DNA of 64,000 nucleotides from Haliotis rubra (Eukaryota): assembly GCF_003918875.1 (NCBI RefSeq), contig NW_025766370.1:1116001-1180000 (forward strand), given 5' to 3'. This document shows positions 27,141 to 40,062 of the stretch, in pieces. The notes under the pieces were generated by a model. That model was not told where the DNA came from. It saw nothing but the letters and a program-made list of their open reading frames with translations, and made no database searches. A program made the translations under genes and the position numbers. The stretch's first letter is position 1. Each line of letters begins with the position of its first letter.

Positions 27141-29368
27141 CCTTGTCAATCAGAATAAACAAGGCGTGGCGAGGCTATAACGTATGTAGAATCTGTCAGT
27201 GGTCTTGAATAACACGCGGCCTGCCTTTAGAATCCCTCACCAAATATGCGCAGTGAAATCAAACATATTTGTATCTGTTTGCTTCAGAACATTGTTCACT
27301 TCACGGCTGTCCCTATTCTTAACCATGACGTTGCAATATATTGTTGTACAAATGTGTTATACCGACTCGCTCGGTTGTGTTCCCATGACAGTGCAGTGTT
27401 TGTTTACATCACAGAAATATACAAATTCATTTCATGGGGGACTTTAGGGGAGGCTCACGGTGAAATGCTCGCTCTTATTTTTCACATAGAATAGGAAAGC
27501 CACCATTTTGGTTTCTCTACGATTGATTTTAGCTATCCTAAGTTGGTCATGAGCAACTTCGACTTTGAATCTTAACTTTACGATTGACTTAGGTAAGATT
27601 GGATAGTGGAACGGTATGCCGATCGTAACGTCACGCTAAGATTGGGATTTTAGGGGTTTACGATTGGCATAGGGCTAAGATCGGTTAGTGGAACGGCACC
27701 CAGAACGTGGCCGATCGATGACGTCATTTGTGTTCTGGTAGCGTCTCACCAGTGCAGAAATGGTGTTCCGGTGGCAGTGGAAATGTGCAGCAACTTGTCG
27801 TGGAGACATTCCCCCCGGACCATTCCAATGGCCTAATGACGTTGTGCAGACGTGAGCCTTGGCATGCTATGCGTTTCAATAGCCGTTTAATTTTTTGAAC
27901 GATCGCAAGGGCAGGGGTTGAGCTTTCCAAAGTGACAGTATTGTGTGGCATTCATTTGCTCTGTTTCTCTTTCCCGGAATGCACGTGCAACAACGTATTG
28001 CACGTCTCAAGGACGAACCCACTGACGTCACGGAACGTGGCACGTGCATGCATGTTGGATACATGTCACTAATCTCTGAGTTTAAATCCTTATGTGTCTA
28101 CACGGGTTTGATAAATTTAGATGTTAAATTTTTGTATGCACAGTTTCTTTATGTGCCTAGTGTATATCACAGTTAGAAATTCTGTCAACGCTAAATAATG
28201 ACATTGCTTTTAAGTATCGAACTGAGAAAGTGTCTCGGTAAGAAGAACGTGTTGTGAAATAGACAAATGAAATTATATAAACAGTTAATCTACTGTCATA
28301 ACATATAAAAAGCTCGCGCCTTTGAAATATCAACAAAACATTAGAAAAATAGCTCACACCAAATAGCTCACACGTGCTATGAGCGCAGCCCAGCTGTTGA
28401 AACCACTTGAATTCCCCCAAGCGCTGGGGGAAAATTAGTGAATCGTTTGAACTACGATTTCGCGCGTTATTTTTCAACTTTATAAGATGAATTTGCATTT
28501 TTGATGATTTGTTTCGGTAAGTCCATACCGAAAGGTATCAGAATCTGCAAAGTTGTGTTTTACGTTGCATGTGACCTTTAAATAATATTCATCGTCGCCT
28601 ATTTCCCGATAGCCCGGTAGCACGACTCTCTGATTTCGAAGCTCTGTATGAATAACACTCGAGAGGATTCATGTGATGACGGGTAAAGCGACCTGTGACA
28701 AATATTATTCATGCAATTTGTTTCACATTAAACATCGTGTCCGAGCATGAAGATCGAGGCGACGAAAGCCGAGATGTCACTTGACTTTCATAACATGATC
28801 GCACACAAAAATATGGAAATAGTAACTTAAATGTACGTTTGACAACTTTTATGAAAACTGTAGATTTTATTCATTAGTTTATTCAATTTAAATGATTTCC
28901 TCGAAACATCGATACTTTGCTCTTTGACAATCTTTAAGTGAACCCGTTGCCAATCATTTGGAAAGACTTCCGCCCGATCCCCACCCACCACCACCACCCG
29001 TATTACCTCAATATACACATATATCTTATTCCTCACCATTAACATTAGGGGGTATAACACCTGCGGTGTTGAATGGATTAAAATTGAACAAATAAATCTT
29101 TGTCGGTATACCGGTACATCATAAACGTATCGCGATACGTGATTGTTACAATGTCGTATTGCGGTTTACCGGTAATACCGTGCAGCCCTAAGTATTTCAA
29201 GTGAACCCCATAGAGTTATGTCCCTTGGAGCGCTCTTTATGAATATCTTATGCATAACTTGTGATTGAAACCAGTTCGGCAAACACCGACAACACCGCCT
29301 TCGACAATTTTCGATGTAAGCATCAATTGTTTACATTCCGTATATGGCAAGTGTTCTCTGTTTGGATA

Positions 29369-29600
29369 CCCTGAAGGTCCGGGTTAGAATATTGGCCTTC
29401 AGTAACCCATGCTTGTCGTAAGAGGCGACTAACAGGATCGGTTGGTCAGGCTCGCTGGCTTGGTTGACACATGTCATCGGTTCCCAGACTGCGCAGCCGA
29501 TGCTCATGCTGCTGATTATTGGATTGTCTGGTCCAGATTCGATTATTTACAGTGCCGCCATAAAGCTGGAAAATTGCTGAGTGCGGCGTAAACTCAACTC
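29369..29600 (+). mobile_element. SINE S2
   Basis: ccctgaaggtccgggttagaat...gtcgtaagaggcgactaac...gcggcgtaaactcaactc. Confidence 0.9.
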
Positions 29601-32290
29601 GATCTGTTTGGAAGCTGTTCGCCTCCAAGCTTTAAATTATCGATTGCAGGCAGATAGTAAGGGATAATAAGTCTTCTATTGCATCAATAGGAAGCTAAAG
29701 TGAGGGCATACAGGTATGCCCCAATGTTTAGGCCAAAATATTGTTGAAAATGTGTGACACTGTGCCTTTAAGAAGAACAACAACAATATGTTGAGGAGTG
29801 TTTTGGTTGTGACTTACAAATGACAGACATTGCGTACATGCTGTCGGCTTAAATTCGTATTCATCTATGTTTGCAAAACGCAATGTTTTACGACGATAAT
29901 GCAAACTATGCTGAATACCTTCATATAGCCAGGCACTATAATTATTATAACGCAACGTCACAATACATATTCATCGCCTAATATTATATTTACTGTGTTT
30001 GGCTTTCAATCACTTGCATTTTCTCCACTGGAGTTTATGTCTGTTTTGAATGTAATAAAGGTGATATAGTCGGCATCCTTCTTCATGTTAAGATCACAAG
30101 TACGTATGTCGAAAAGCTGGAAACGTCAAAGCTAGGTTCACGGAGGTTACCAATTATACAGTCACAGTCACAAAGAAACAGTTCTTCGAAGACTTGCCTC
30201 TGGTCTTATATGCGCTGGGTAATCTTCGTGTTCTAAATTCCGACGCCAACATGTGTTTGTAATCGCAGCAATGGTATACTTGTCAAAGTAGTGAAGTGGT
30301 ACCGTATGCGTAGGTTCGACAAGCTCCATCCAACTCCCTGATACTTTTGTTACTCTTACCATATCAACGCTGTCGCCAGTATATTGGTGATATGATATGA
30401 GCTGGAGTTCAACTGTATAACTCTAGGCTAGTAGCTATGGTAAACGTATTCCACATGCGTCACTTCCTCTTTTCCCAAAACAGGTACTATAATCAAGAAA
30501 CTGCTCAAAGTGGAACAAACACTAACACTCATGTTGTATTCGATTGACTTCATCTGGAGGTGAGTGTACAAATCCGTTCGAAATTCCTTTTGAAGAGCTG
30601 CCCCTGTACCGCGTGCCTTGCAGCTGTGGTGCTTCATTAACATAGTAGCCGATAGATGCCAATGTGATATTATGACGTGCGTGGAACGGTAGAGTTCCAG
30701 CAGGATTCTGTGATTATCAGTGAAGAATATTCCGTGCTGTCTCTAAACGCTGTCTCTGATGTCGCTGCTTCATTAGTAGCCAGGCAGTGTTTACTTCAGT
30801 CTATTTAAGTTGAAGTTTTGTCTGATTTATCAAAGCAATGCTAGTCTTGAAGAGATGACATTTAAACCTGTAAATGTACACCATATCGTCAGTATTGCTG
30901 GTACAGTCTGTTTGATGTGTTAAAGATGACGATCTAGATGTACACTTCTGCATATTTCTTATTTAAGATGCATACAGGAGTCTCAATGTATCCAGCTTGT
31001 CAGATGACCCATCACAAACCTCACTGTATTGAAAGTCTAATAGTTTATTGTATGTTGTGCTTTTCCTCTAAAAGTTAAAAAATGAACACAGGTCGTTCTC
31101 CGCGTGTTTCACGTCATAGACCTCCGGACGCTGCAAAAGAAGCTGGACAGGCCCCCTGAAATCGACATTGGGAGACTTATACTCAAAGTACATCATCGAG
31201 CACATCATTCAATGTTTGACATGTCTTAGCGGTAGTGCGCACTCCTGATTCAAACTTCGAAACTTCCAATCGCCAAGGGTATTTCATGATCGTTGGCGGT
31301 CAAAAGATCCTGTGTCATACTTTACTACGTTCGTAATATGTTCCCAAATCATCTCTTATTGTCATTCCCCCCTCCTTTTGAATTGCACAGCCAGTTGAAC
31401 TGCCTCATTCCGCACAAGGTGTAAATTAAATCAGCTCCTTTGAAAAAGGTGGATCAAGCTCTGATAAAAAAATCTACATTCAACGTTGTGATTAATGAAA
31501 TGTTCATACAAGCACTCGCTCCACTTTGACATTTATTAGAAAAGCATTCCCAAGACAAATTCAAGTTATGTACCAGTTATCCTGTATTCATTTGTAAAGG
31601 TTGTACATAGTATCCGTCATGGTGAGTAATAACCTGTTCCATATATACATTTTGTTATGATAACTCAGGTAATTTCAAGGCTTCTCTCTTCTCCTTTATG
31701 CGACCACCTGGTATTAACTTCAGTGAGACTCATCAAAACATGCTCGTGATATAGTCGGAATCATACATTCGGTTTTGCTCTTGGCAGATGTTTCTTGTGG
31801 ATGTGGAAATGGTTTTGATGCTTTTATTTACAGATACCGTGCATGCATAACATTCTCAACTTCAAATCCGAATCAACTTCACTTTATGAATGTAAAAAAT
31901 GTAGAAACATTCATCTTGTATATTTGTGAATAATATCGGTGAGGCAAAGTAAGTCCGTTAACTGAAAAAGTGAATCTGTGAACATCAAAACTGTACCAAG
32001 CATATTGCCTTAGGAAGTGAGATGATCTGTCTACAAAGTCTTTTGTAGTTTGTTTACGATGGCAGTCAGTCAAGGATTAGTTTTAACAATAATGACAAAA
32101 AATATTTTCGTAACTATGTTCTTTCAGATGACTGTCACAGACAGATGTCTCACAATGACAGAAACAAAAATATAGCGGGTACAGTAGGGTATAATTTTAA
32201 TTTTTCTGCGCATTGACAATGCTGTGTCTGAACCTCTAAATAAACTTAACTAAAATCTAAAAGTTTGTGGTACTAGTATACCCTCATGTA

Positions 32291-33587
32291 CAGTACAACC
32301 AGAAATTATTGAGAATTTAAAGATTGTAACATTTTTATATTTTCACTCATTACTCACGTATTAAATGTGAATATTAGCAGAACATAACTCCAGATTCAAA
32401 GACAGGTGAACAGTTCGTATTTTGTCAAGTCACCATGGGCAGCAATGCAGGCTTCAATGCGGCGGGGCATACTACTGATCAAAGAAGTTAGAAAGTCGTG
32501 GTCCATGCTGTCCCAATATCTGACCACCTCTTCTTTCATTTCAGCAATATTTGTCAGATTTTTCTTATTGACACTTTCCTTCATAAGTCACCAAACATTT
32601 TCTATTGGATTTAGGTCAGGGCTATAGCTTGGCCAATCTAATAATGTCATATTTTAGGTCCGAAACCAGGCCTGTGAACGCTTTGAAGGATTTTTTGGGT
32701 CGTTGTTCTGCTGGAAAATCCAAACATTCCCATAGAACACGTGAGCAGATGGAAGTAAATGTCCCTCGAGAATATCGGTGCACCGCTCACTGTTCATATT
32801 CCCTTCAAATACACAGAGGGGCGTTGCCCCTAACACAGATATGTCACCCAACACGTTAAATTTCGGACTGTACTTTGGGCGCTGATACAAAGGTTTTTCA
32901 GTTTGTTTGGTCCAGAGTTTCAGTGTATTAGGAAACAGCCACACAGAACTTTCATCTGAGAAAATCACATTGTCCCAGTTAAAATTTCTATGCTGTAAGC
33001 ACCAGTTCAACCTTCGCTCCTTTGTTCAGGTTTCATGATCGGTGACGGAATTCTCGACTTTTCTGCCAACCCATTGCATGCAGCTCAGTTCTAATTGTCT
33101 CCTTACAGACAGCCACAGTTCCTCTATCAATCATATCCAGCCTTAAGTTTTCTAAACTCCTTCGTTTGTTTTAGAAACAAGAATACCAAAGCCGCCTCCT
33201 GTCACCGACAGTCAATTTTCTGGGCCTACCTGCGCCTCCCCTGGTGCTCAATGCCATATCTATTTGCAATATTTTTCAAAACACGATAAACAGTGGACAA
33301 AGGGATGCCTGTTCTACTTGAAATCACTTTAGCTGATCTGATGTTCTTGTTATAATACTCTAAAATCAACTTCCTCTTCTCTAAATCATCCATACTGAGG
33401 ATCACTGAAAATGTCGTCTGCTAGCAAGTAAACAAAGGGGGATAACTCTTCACAAACTAATGAAAAAGGATTAATGGAGTTGTCTCTCTTGAATGAAACC
33501 AAGCACTTGATAGCTGGTCAAGGTTGTTTATACTAGAAATCCAATAAAACATATTCCTAAAATTCTCAATAATTTCTGGTCATACTA
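32291..33587 (-). mobile_element. Full-length Tc1 (DD34E) DNA transposon, inactive
   Basis: TIRs cagtacaaccagaaattattgagaattt / aaattctcaataatttctggtcatacta, TA flanks, ~1.3 kb. Confidence 0.92.
32396..33393 (-). pseudogene. Tc1 transposase pseudogene
   Basis: MDDLEKRKLILEYY...IPLSTVYRVL...GRPRKL; WDNVIFSDES; FQQNNDPKN (second catalytic D mutated to N); WPSYSPDLNPIENVW with 34-residue spacing; SMPRRIEACIAAHG. Contains stops and frameshifts. Confidence 0.92.
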
Positions 33588-35825
33588 TAAAACCTCTTAT
33601 CCCATTTTGTTATAACATTATAGTAGTTAATAATGTATAGGCTAGCCAAATGATCTGATAATCCATTTTCGAAAATTTCGTATATACAGGTATTACATCT
33701 AACACACATTAAGGAGCGGTTCATAATCATATTTCGTCAACGTCAGTTGAAATGAACCGGATATAATCGAATGTGTCACTGAAGATATATTCGGGTCAAC
33801 TAGGATTAACAGTTGCAATTGGTTCCGCCTTGGGTCTCATTTTCGTAGTTATTGTAATACCCAATGTCATCGAAAAGCCGTGCTAATCTCTCGGATCTGT
33901 GCTGGATAGATGGCATCTTACACATTCATGACAAGGTTAGATTGGGGCGATCACAGGTCATTTGGAAATAATTCCACGATTATCACAGCTGAGGACGTTG
34001 TCCCTGTAGATCATACTTAGGATTTTGACATTGAGGCACCATTTTCATCAGGTGAAGCAGAAGAGACAATATGCTGAGGCAGCAATATGAATTTTAGCGA
34101 TCTCTGTGGTGTGTCTGTGGTGTGTTTCGGCGACTGTTTTCAGTTCTGAGAATGTTTGTTTTGTTGTAGTCAAATCCAATGTTTGTCTGTACTTCTTTTG
34201 GTCGGCAGTTTTTAAACATGTGAGATTGTCTGTTTAGGCACTTAACACCAATGAACTAAATGCCTACAAATATACTCAGTTCCAAAAGAAACGCATGCCA
34301 CGTAAAACTGTGATACAGTAGTGAATAAGGTGATTGATGTTTGCTAATGAAAAATGCAAAGAAAACAATGTGAGTTCTGAAGGTGAACACACAAATGATA
34401 TTTTGTAACAAGATATGGTTTGTGATAACGTCATTAAGATGTCGGCCTATTTATTGGTAACGTCACCAAAGAGTCATGGCAAATGAAATTTAAGTTTCGA
34501 GTATGACCTCCATCAGAAGCCACTTTTATATCATCAGAACACACAATATACGACAATGGCTATCTGAACACTGAACACACACAATCTCGCCTTGATGTAT
34601 ATCTTATTTTATACATTTTCAAAGATTTTTATTATTTGCGTTTCTTTTGGAATTCAGTATAGCAATTTGTTTCAGAAATGTTTAGCTCTTTTGTTTTGCA
34701 GGATATCTGTGCTCTAAAATATGCATCACGATGGGTCTTAAACCCCATTAAGCCTACACTCTTCCATGAAATACTGTTCAGAGGAGCGTTGCACCAATCT
34801 AACTCAGAATACCTTCTCGAATATCTCAGCCTTTGTCGAGTGTTAATGGGGACAAGTTCAGACGAAAACTGTCCGCAAATCCTCACCAAGGTCCCGTAAA
34901 CTATTATCCTGGCTGGAGAGGTAAGGAGAATTAATAAAGGCTCTGAGGAATGGATAGTAAGTAGGGGAAAATAGCGTGGAAGTTTTCGGCCCAACGATTA
35001 GGCCTATTTCAGACCTTAATTCGAGAATGGAAGTCCTTCAAGCTGAAAGTATGATAAAGCTAGTGAGACGAGTGTCTAGCAGCGTTATTAGTGTATTCGC
35101 CAGACTCAACTGAGAGAATATTGGGCAATCGCACACGGGAGACAATGCTGCTGAATCTCTCATCCACATTTCTCGAATGGATGAACTATTTGTTAATCAA
35201 GGACATAAAATCAAGTCAACGGTTCAGCATAGTCTAACGACTTTTGAATACCATTCGTGATATGAAATTAGAGTCATAATAGTTCCGAGTAGACAGGCAA
35301 TCTCCGTTATTTTAAACACGGTCTGATTGGTCAGTTTGTTAGTTCCAGGTATGCATTGCGCAGCATTGAAATGCACTGAGCGTATTTCTCACTTCAGCAT
35401 TCTTTGTACATTCTTTGGGATATTTTATTATTTGGAAAAGATTCATCTTTGTCAATGCTGTTCCTGGCATAGCTGTTTTTCGATATAGGGCGTATTTTAC
35501 GAAGCAGTCAACAAAGCTGAAATCTGAGTATGCGTCACGTCAGATTCCCAGATAGCCAAGTGCTTAAAGTATAAGCTCCAAAGCCTGGGGTTCGATTACC
35601 AATATGGTTTTACAAAAATTGAAGCCTGTGTATGGTTCTTTGCCCGAACACGTCTGACTGGTTACTTTGATTTCTCAGAAGATGCAGAGCACATTCGCAG
35701 CGTTATTTCTGCTAATAATGTGGGTACATATATCGCGCTTACTTCCGTACAAGGAGTATGCACAAGGCGCTGAAAACGTCGACCCTGGTCAATGGATAAG
35801 AGTGCACTACAACCCTGGCTGCCTG

Positions 35826-35909
35826 TGTCAAATGACCATAACATCCCATCGGGTACCCATCCACCGCTGTCAAATGACCATCTCATCCCATCGGGTACCC
35901 ACTCACCGC
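35826..35909. repeat. 42-bp tandem dimer
   Basis: tgtcaaatgaccat..catcccatcgggtaccca..caccgc, two copies. Confidence 0.85.
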
Positions 35910-36008
35910 TTTGAACAAACTCACTTGTCTTAGGTGAGACCACATATGTTACATGTGCTTTGTTTTGGGGCAGGACCTAGAGTCCTAGAAAATCATGTTT
36001 CCAAACAT

Positions 36009-36090
36009 GGTTGCCCATCCAAGATCTCTCTCCGCGACCAGCGTTGCTTAACATCAACTGATTCGTGACCTGCGCTATTTGCACAGGACC
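36009..36090 (-). mobile_element. Degenerate 5S rRNA-derived head (SINE3-like or 5S pseudogene)
   Basis: Reverse complement atcagttgatgttaagcaacgctggtcgcggagagagatcttggatgggcaacc resembles 5S box A (agctaagcag) and box C (ttggatgggagacc) at about the right spacing. Confidence 0.55.
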
Positions 36091-36609
36091 ACACACCAAA
36101 CACCACAACAATATCTGGACTGTCATTTGGGAAAAGTATTATCTTTGTAACATACACCCCAAAATATTGACCTCATTTCGCTGAAATAATTTTGAAATTG
36201 TAGTTTTCATAGTATGTTTGAACATTCGGCTAACTAATTCTTTGGATGCGACATGAAGGAGGTCTGTTACGGCATTCGCGTGTGCAAGAGGTTGGAGATC
36301 CGTAGGTTCCTGTTCAGTTCGGCGCATGGGTATAAGACATTTTTGTCTATGTATCTGAGACCTTGATATTTCTTGAATGCCTACTCGAAATATGAACACC
36401 TGGTGTTTTACAGGTCTTTATGCAATCAGACGATCCTGACACTTTACACCAGCTGATGGTCCAGGGCCAGACACGCGTGTGATGTTTCTCTTTCAACTGT
36501 TCATAGTGTCAATACGAGAACGCCATGTAAAGTTTTTGTATCACCCGACAGTGATGCTATGCCAGAGTTTAGCATTTATAACCGACTGATATGATATAGA
36601 GTATACTGA

Positions 36610-36610
<1 letters not shown>

Positions 36611-36692
<82 letters not shown>
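36611..36692. repeat. (CA)n microsatellite, ~41 units
   Basis: Perfect ac run. Confidence 0.98.
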
Positions 36693-36694
<2 letters not shown>

Positions 36695-37919
36695 CACCAA
36701 AACCCCTCCCCAAAAAATAAATTAAAAAATACACACACCAAACACACACACAAAACAACAACAAAAACCAACGACAACAACAAAACAACAACCCTTTAAC
36801 CAGCAATAGGGAGGATAAAAGATGTACCATATTTCAACATCTTTGAGTATGACGTCATCGGCATCAAATGTTAAAACTGGCCAATTGAATAATAGATAAA
36901 CGTTTATGTACATTTGTAATGATCCAATAGTTGCTCACGATATCCGTTACGTTCCGTTGTGAAGATGATGTTTATGAATAACTGTCCCTATAAAACCCGG
37001 AAATACCTGACAAATACCTTGGTCTAATGTATTTTCATGTTGTATTTTAACAACGTAACTTCAAGATTTGTAGTCTCGAGCTAAATTTATATCGACTGTA
37101 GTTAATGCCCAAAATCCAAACACAAACCCTACATAGCCATCGAAATGTACTTATATTATTCATCAGTACTGTGGTGCTCTCGTTCCACTGTGGATGGTTT
37201 ATGGAGAAATATAATGGTTCTGAATCTGAATCTGATAAGAGTTTAATAACACCCGACGGTGTAGTTTGGCTTCGCCTCTCATTTCAATCTTGTTACTATT
37301 GTTTATCTTGGGAGACGAAACTACCGTCAGACCCCGTTGTGTTGATAATGACAACAATTGAAATGAGTCCTGCTGAGAGCTCATTCTGAGACCTAACACA
37401 AATGTATTCATTTAATCATTTAATCCCATTAAAGGTGCAGACAACACGGAAATAGAAACTATAAAATATAAACACAGCTCTTTAAGCAGCATATAATACC
37501 CTATTAAATTTATTTATAGATAAGTCTAACAAATTCAGATGATGTGACAAGCATATTAAATGATTGAAACATCAGATAGAATTTTTTCTTGATAAAATCG
37601 TTTGTGAAAGGGAAATAACTAACTGATATAGTTTTAAGTGATCACCTTCTTGGAATTTTTTTTTAAGCTGCATTTGAACGTTGATTATGAGGCAAATTTA
37701 TTTGATATTCTGTTTCGTGTAACGCATCTTATCATACCAACAAATCATCATTTAACCAGTCGATGGCGTAATTTTGATCTGTTGGCAATGAGCCGCAAAC
37801 GAAACACGCTTTGGTCCATCTTCGTAGGTACATGTAACACGTCATTTCTTAAAGACGACACTCGTACAAGTTGGAAGTCCTAGCAAGTTTCACTTAATCG
37901 CATTCACGTTTGTCTAAGG

Positions 37920-38085
37920 TTGGTTGGTTTGATATTTAACGCCACACTCAGCAATATTCCAGATATATGGCGGCGATCTGTAGATAACCGAATCTGGACC
38001 AGGCAATCAAGTGAGCAACAGCACGATGAGGTGTGCCAACCAAGGCACCGAGCCTTGACCACCCAATCTCGTTAGCAGCCTCTCG
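37920..38085 (-). mobile_element. Degenerate SINE S2
   Basis: acgccacactcagcaatattccagatatatggcggcgatctgta... Confidence 0.7.
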
Positions 38086-38516
38086 TTTGTCTATGGTGTT
38101 ATATATTTTATGTCATATTGATAAACACGATGGACCTTTTCGCCAACAAAGCCTGGTTTTGGAAGTGACATCCGAAATCTAACATAGCACTAAATTCCAA
38201 CACCCTTGTCATTGCACGAGAATTTTCAAAGATTCTCATGGGTGATCGATTTCATCACATTTTATTACACTTCATTGTTAAAATCAATATGATATGAAAT
38301 TGGTTTTATAGTTGTAGACCATTATTGGATTGAGACCAAAGTTCAAATCCCGGAAGGAACTATACCCCATAAGGTACCAGTTTCTGTACTATAATGAGAA
38401 TGTGCAATCCATGGTGTAACAAGTATTACATTTGATCACTTTCTAACAGACAATTCCATACGATATGACGTCATCCATTTCCATGACGTCACAACTTGAT
38501 TACGTTGCGTCTTCTG

Positions 38517-38950
38517 GGTGCCGTCCCACAACCAATCTTAGCCCTACGCCAATCATAAATCCCTAAAATCCCCATCTGACGTTACGATCGGCATACCGTT
38601 CCACTAACCGATCTTACCCAAGTCAATCGTAAAGTTAAGATCTCAAGACTAAGTTGCTCATGACCAACTTAGGATCGCTAAAATCAATCGTAGAGAAACC
38701 AGAATGGCGGCTACAGTATTGTACGTGAAGGAGAACAGCGAGCTGAATTCATATTGCGCTCGAGGTTTCTTCTCCACGTTTACACTTGGTTCCAAAATGG
38801 GTACAATGTGTGAAGGCCATTTCTGGGTCCCCCCGCTGTGATATTGCTGGAAGAATTCTAAAAGCGGCGTAAAACCATACTCAGTCAGTAGTAGGATGGG
38901 CGTAACTTTCTAAATTGATCTTAGATAAGATCGGTTGGTGGAACGGCACC
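38517..38950. mobile_element. Harbinger-like MITE, same family as 26269-27700, inverted
   Basis: TIRs ggtgccgtcccacaaccaatctta / taagatcggttggtggaacggcacc with a perfect CTG TSD (38514-38516, 38951-38953). Contains an S3 SINE fragment at ~38795-38885. Confidence 0.85.
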
Positions 38951-39820
38951 CTGAACAATATATTTCCTAAAGTAATTACGGGTTGACGTTTCATGCGTTT
39001 ATATTTTCACTTCCTCTATTTTGGAATGACCTACTCCGAATTACGAATAACGAGTTCCCTCGTGACAGGAAAAGAAACACCATTCTTTCGCGCAAGTCAT
39101 ATTATCCGTAATTTATTTGACATTTATTAAGAAAACCCGCCTGTGTTTGTTGCCGGCGTTTATGTCTCCTAATTAGGCCACACGCTCTACGCGGAATCAC
39201 ACTCGTCTTCATTTATACAAAAGAAAACTCACATATCACAGAAGTCCATCTTTAGGTCGCAAGTACCAAGGCCGTTTTATATCCTGACAAAATCCCTTAG
39301 AAATTTTACTTCCTTCACCAGCTTTGAAAAAAATGGGAACCCATAGCAACGTTTTATTATAGCCCACTCTTCTTTGAAGAGTAGTCCTTGTGATTCTATG
39401 TATTCATACGCAAGACTAATCACAACACACCAGGAAGTGCCAAAAGCATCATAAAACAAACAAACAACTGTTCATTATTTTATATTCTAAACTTAGGGAA
39501 AGAGGGGAGATATCCAGGAAGCTATTTGAGGAAACTGCTTGAGGGAAACTGTTTGATAGCCACGATTATTAGAAACCAGCCTTTGGTGTTTTATTTTAAG
39601 CTGTTCACATGAGACTTCCTTCAATAATCCTACTGTATTGCTCGACCTTTGCCCTCAAATCCACATAAGCGTGTTGGTGCTATTTCTATTTTTCCGAATC
39701 CCTGCCAGTTGAGTTACATAATTTGGAATTGGTATTTGCAGTTTGTTGTATTTGAGGAGGCTCACTGTGATGGCATTGATGGCATAAGTAAATATGGCCG
39801 TGCCAACTACGGCTGTAACA

Positions 39821-40062
39821 AGTGAGTGAGTTTAGTTTTATGCCGCACTCAGCAATATTCCAGCTATATGACGGCGGTCTGTAAATAATCGATTGTGGAC
39901 CAAACAATCCAGCGATCAACAGCATGAGCATCGATCTGCGCAACTGGGATCCGATGACATGTGTCAACCAAGCCAGCGAGCCTGACCACCCGATCCCGTT
40001 AGTCGCCTCTTACGACAAGCATGGGATACTGAAGGTTCATTCTAACCCGGACCTTCACGGGT
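39821..40062 (-). mobile_element. SINE S2, near-complete (degenerate second copy at ~40135-40290)
   Basis: Full S2 body and (actc)n tail. Confidence 0.9.

Larger units (their letters stand above)
26269..27700. mobile_element. Non-autonomous PIF/Harbinger-like element
   Basis: TIRs ggtgccgttccactaaccgatctta / taagatcggttagtggaacggcacc, flanked by CTG/CAG; interrupts the Tc1 GRPR codons. Confidence 0.85.
26087..28162 (-). mobile_element. Tc1-family transposon 5' remnant (HTH region of the transposase), split by a later insertion
   Basis: MPRLTSAQRH*AIGM..SPRQVAAHFHCHRNTISALVRRYQNTNDVIDRPRS (from ~27865) joins GRPRVTTPRQDRWIRVTHLR...TVRQRL (below 26268). One TIR-like end, cactaggcacataaagaaactg, with TA at 28163-28164. 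Confidence 0.85.
25651..28577. mobile_element. Non-autonomous Kolobok-like DNA transposon with nested inserts
   Basis: TIRs aggtcacatgcaac / gttgcatgtgacct, with TTAA on both sides (25647-25650 and 28578-28581). AGG...CCT ends fit Kolobok rather than piggyBac. Confidence 0.8.
16135..30750. repeat. Tandem unit copy C: more diverged, interrupted by TEs, retains segments lost from A and B
   Basis: 16135-20205 matches A 1-3490; ~21850-24370 matches A ~3900-6350; ~29780-30750 matches A ~6370-7085. Extra segments at ~16572-17535 and ~30135-30590. Confidence 0.85.

Noticed and set aside
24593-29190. hAT-like outer element enclosing the nest (agggctg...cagcccta)
   Set aside because: The ends match for only ~7 bp and no 8-bp TSD is visible; probably two unrelated fragments.
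34632-34994. 120-aa and 73-aa overlapping ORFs
   Set aside because: No recognisable domain or convincing splice context.
39277-39459. YDAF start suggesting a TIR domain
   Set aside because: No further TIR box motifs; the ORF is short with a non-ATG start.
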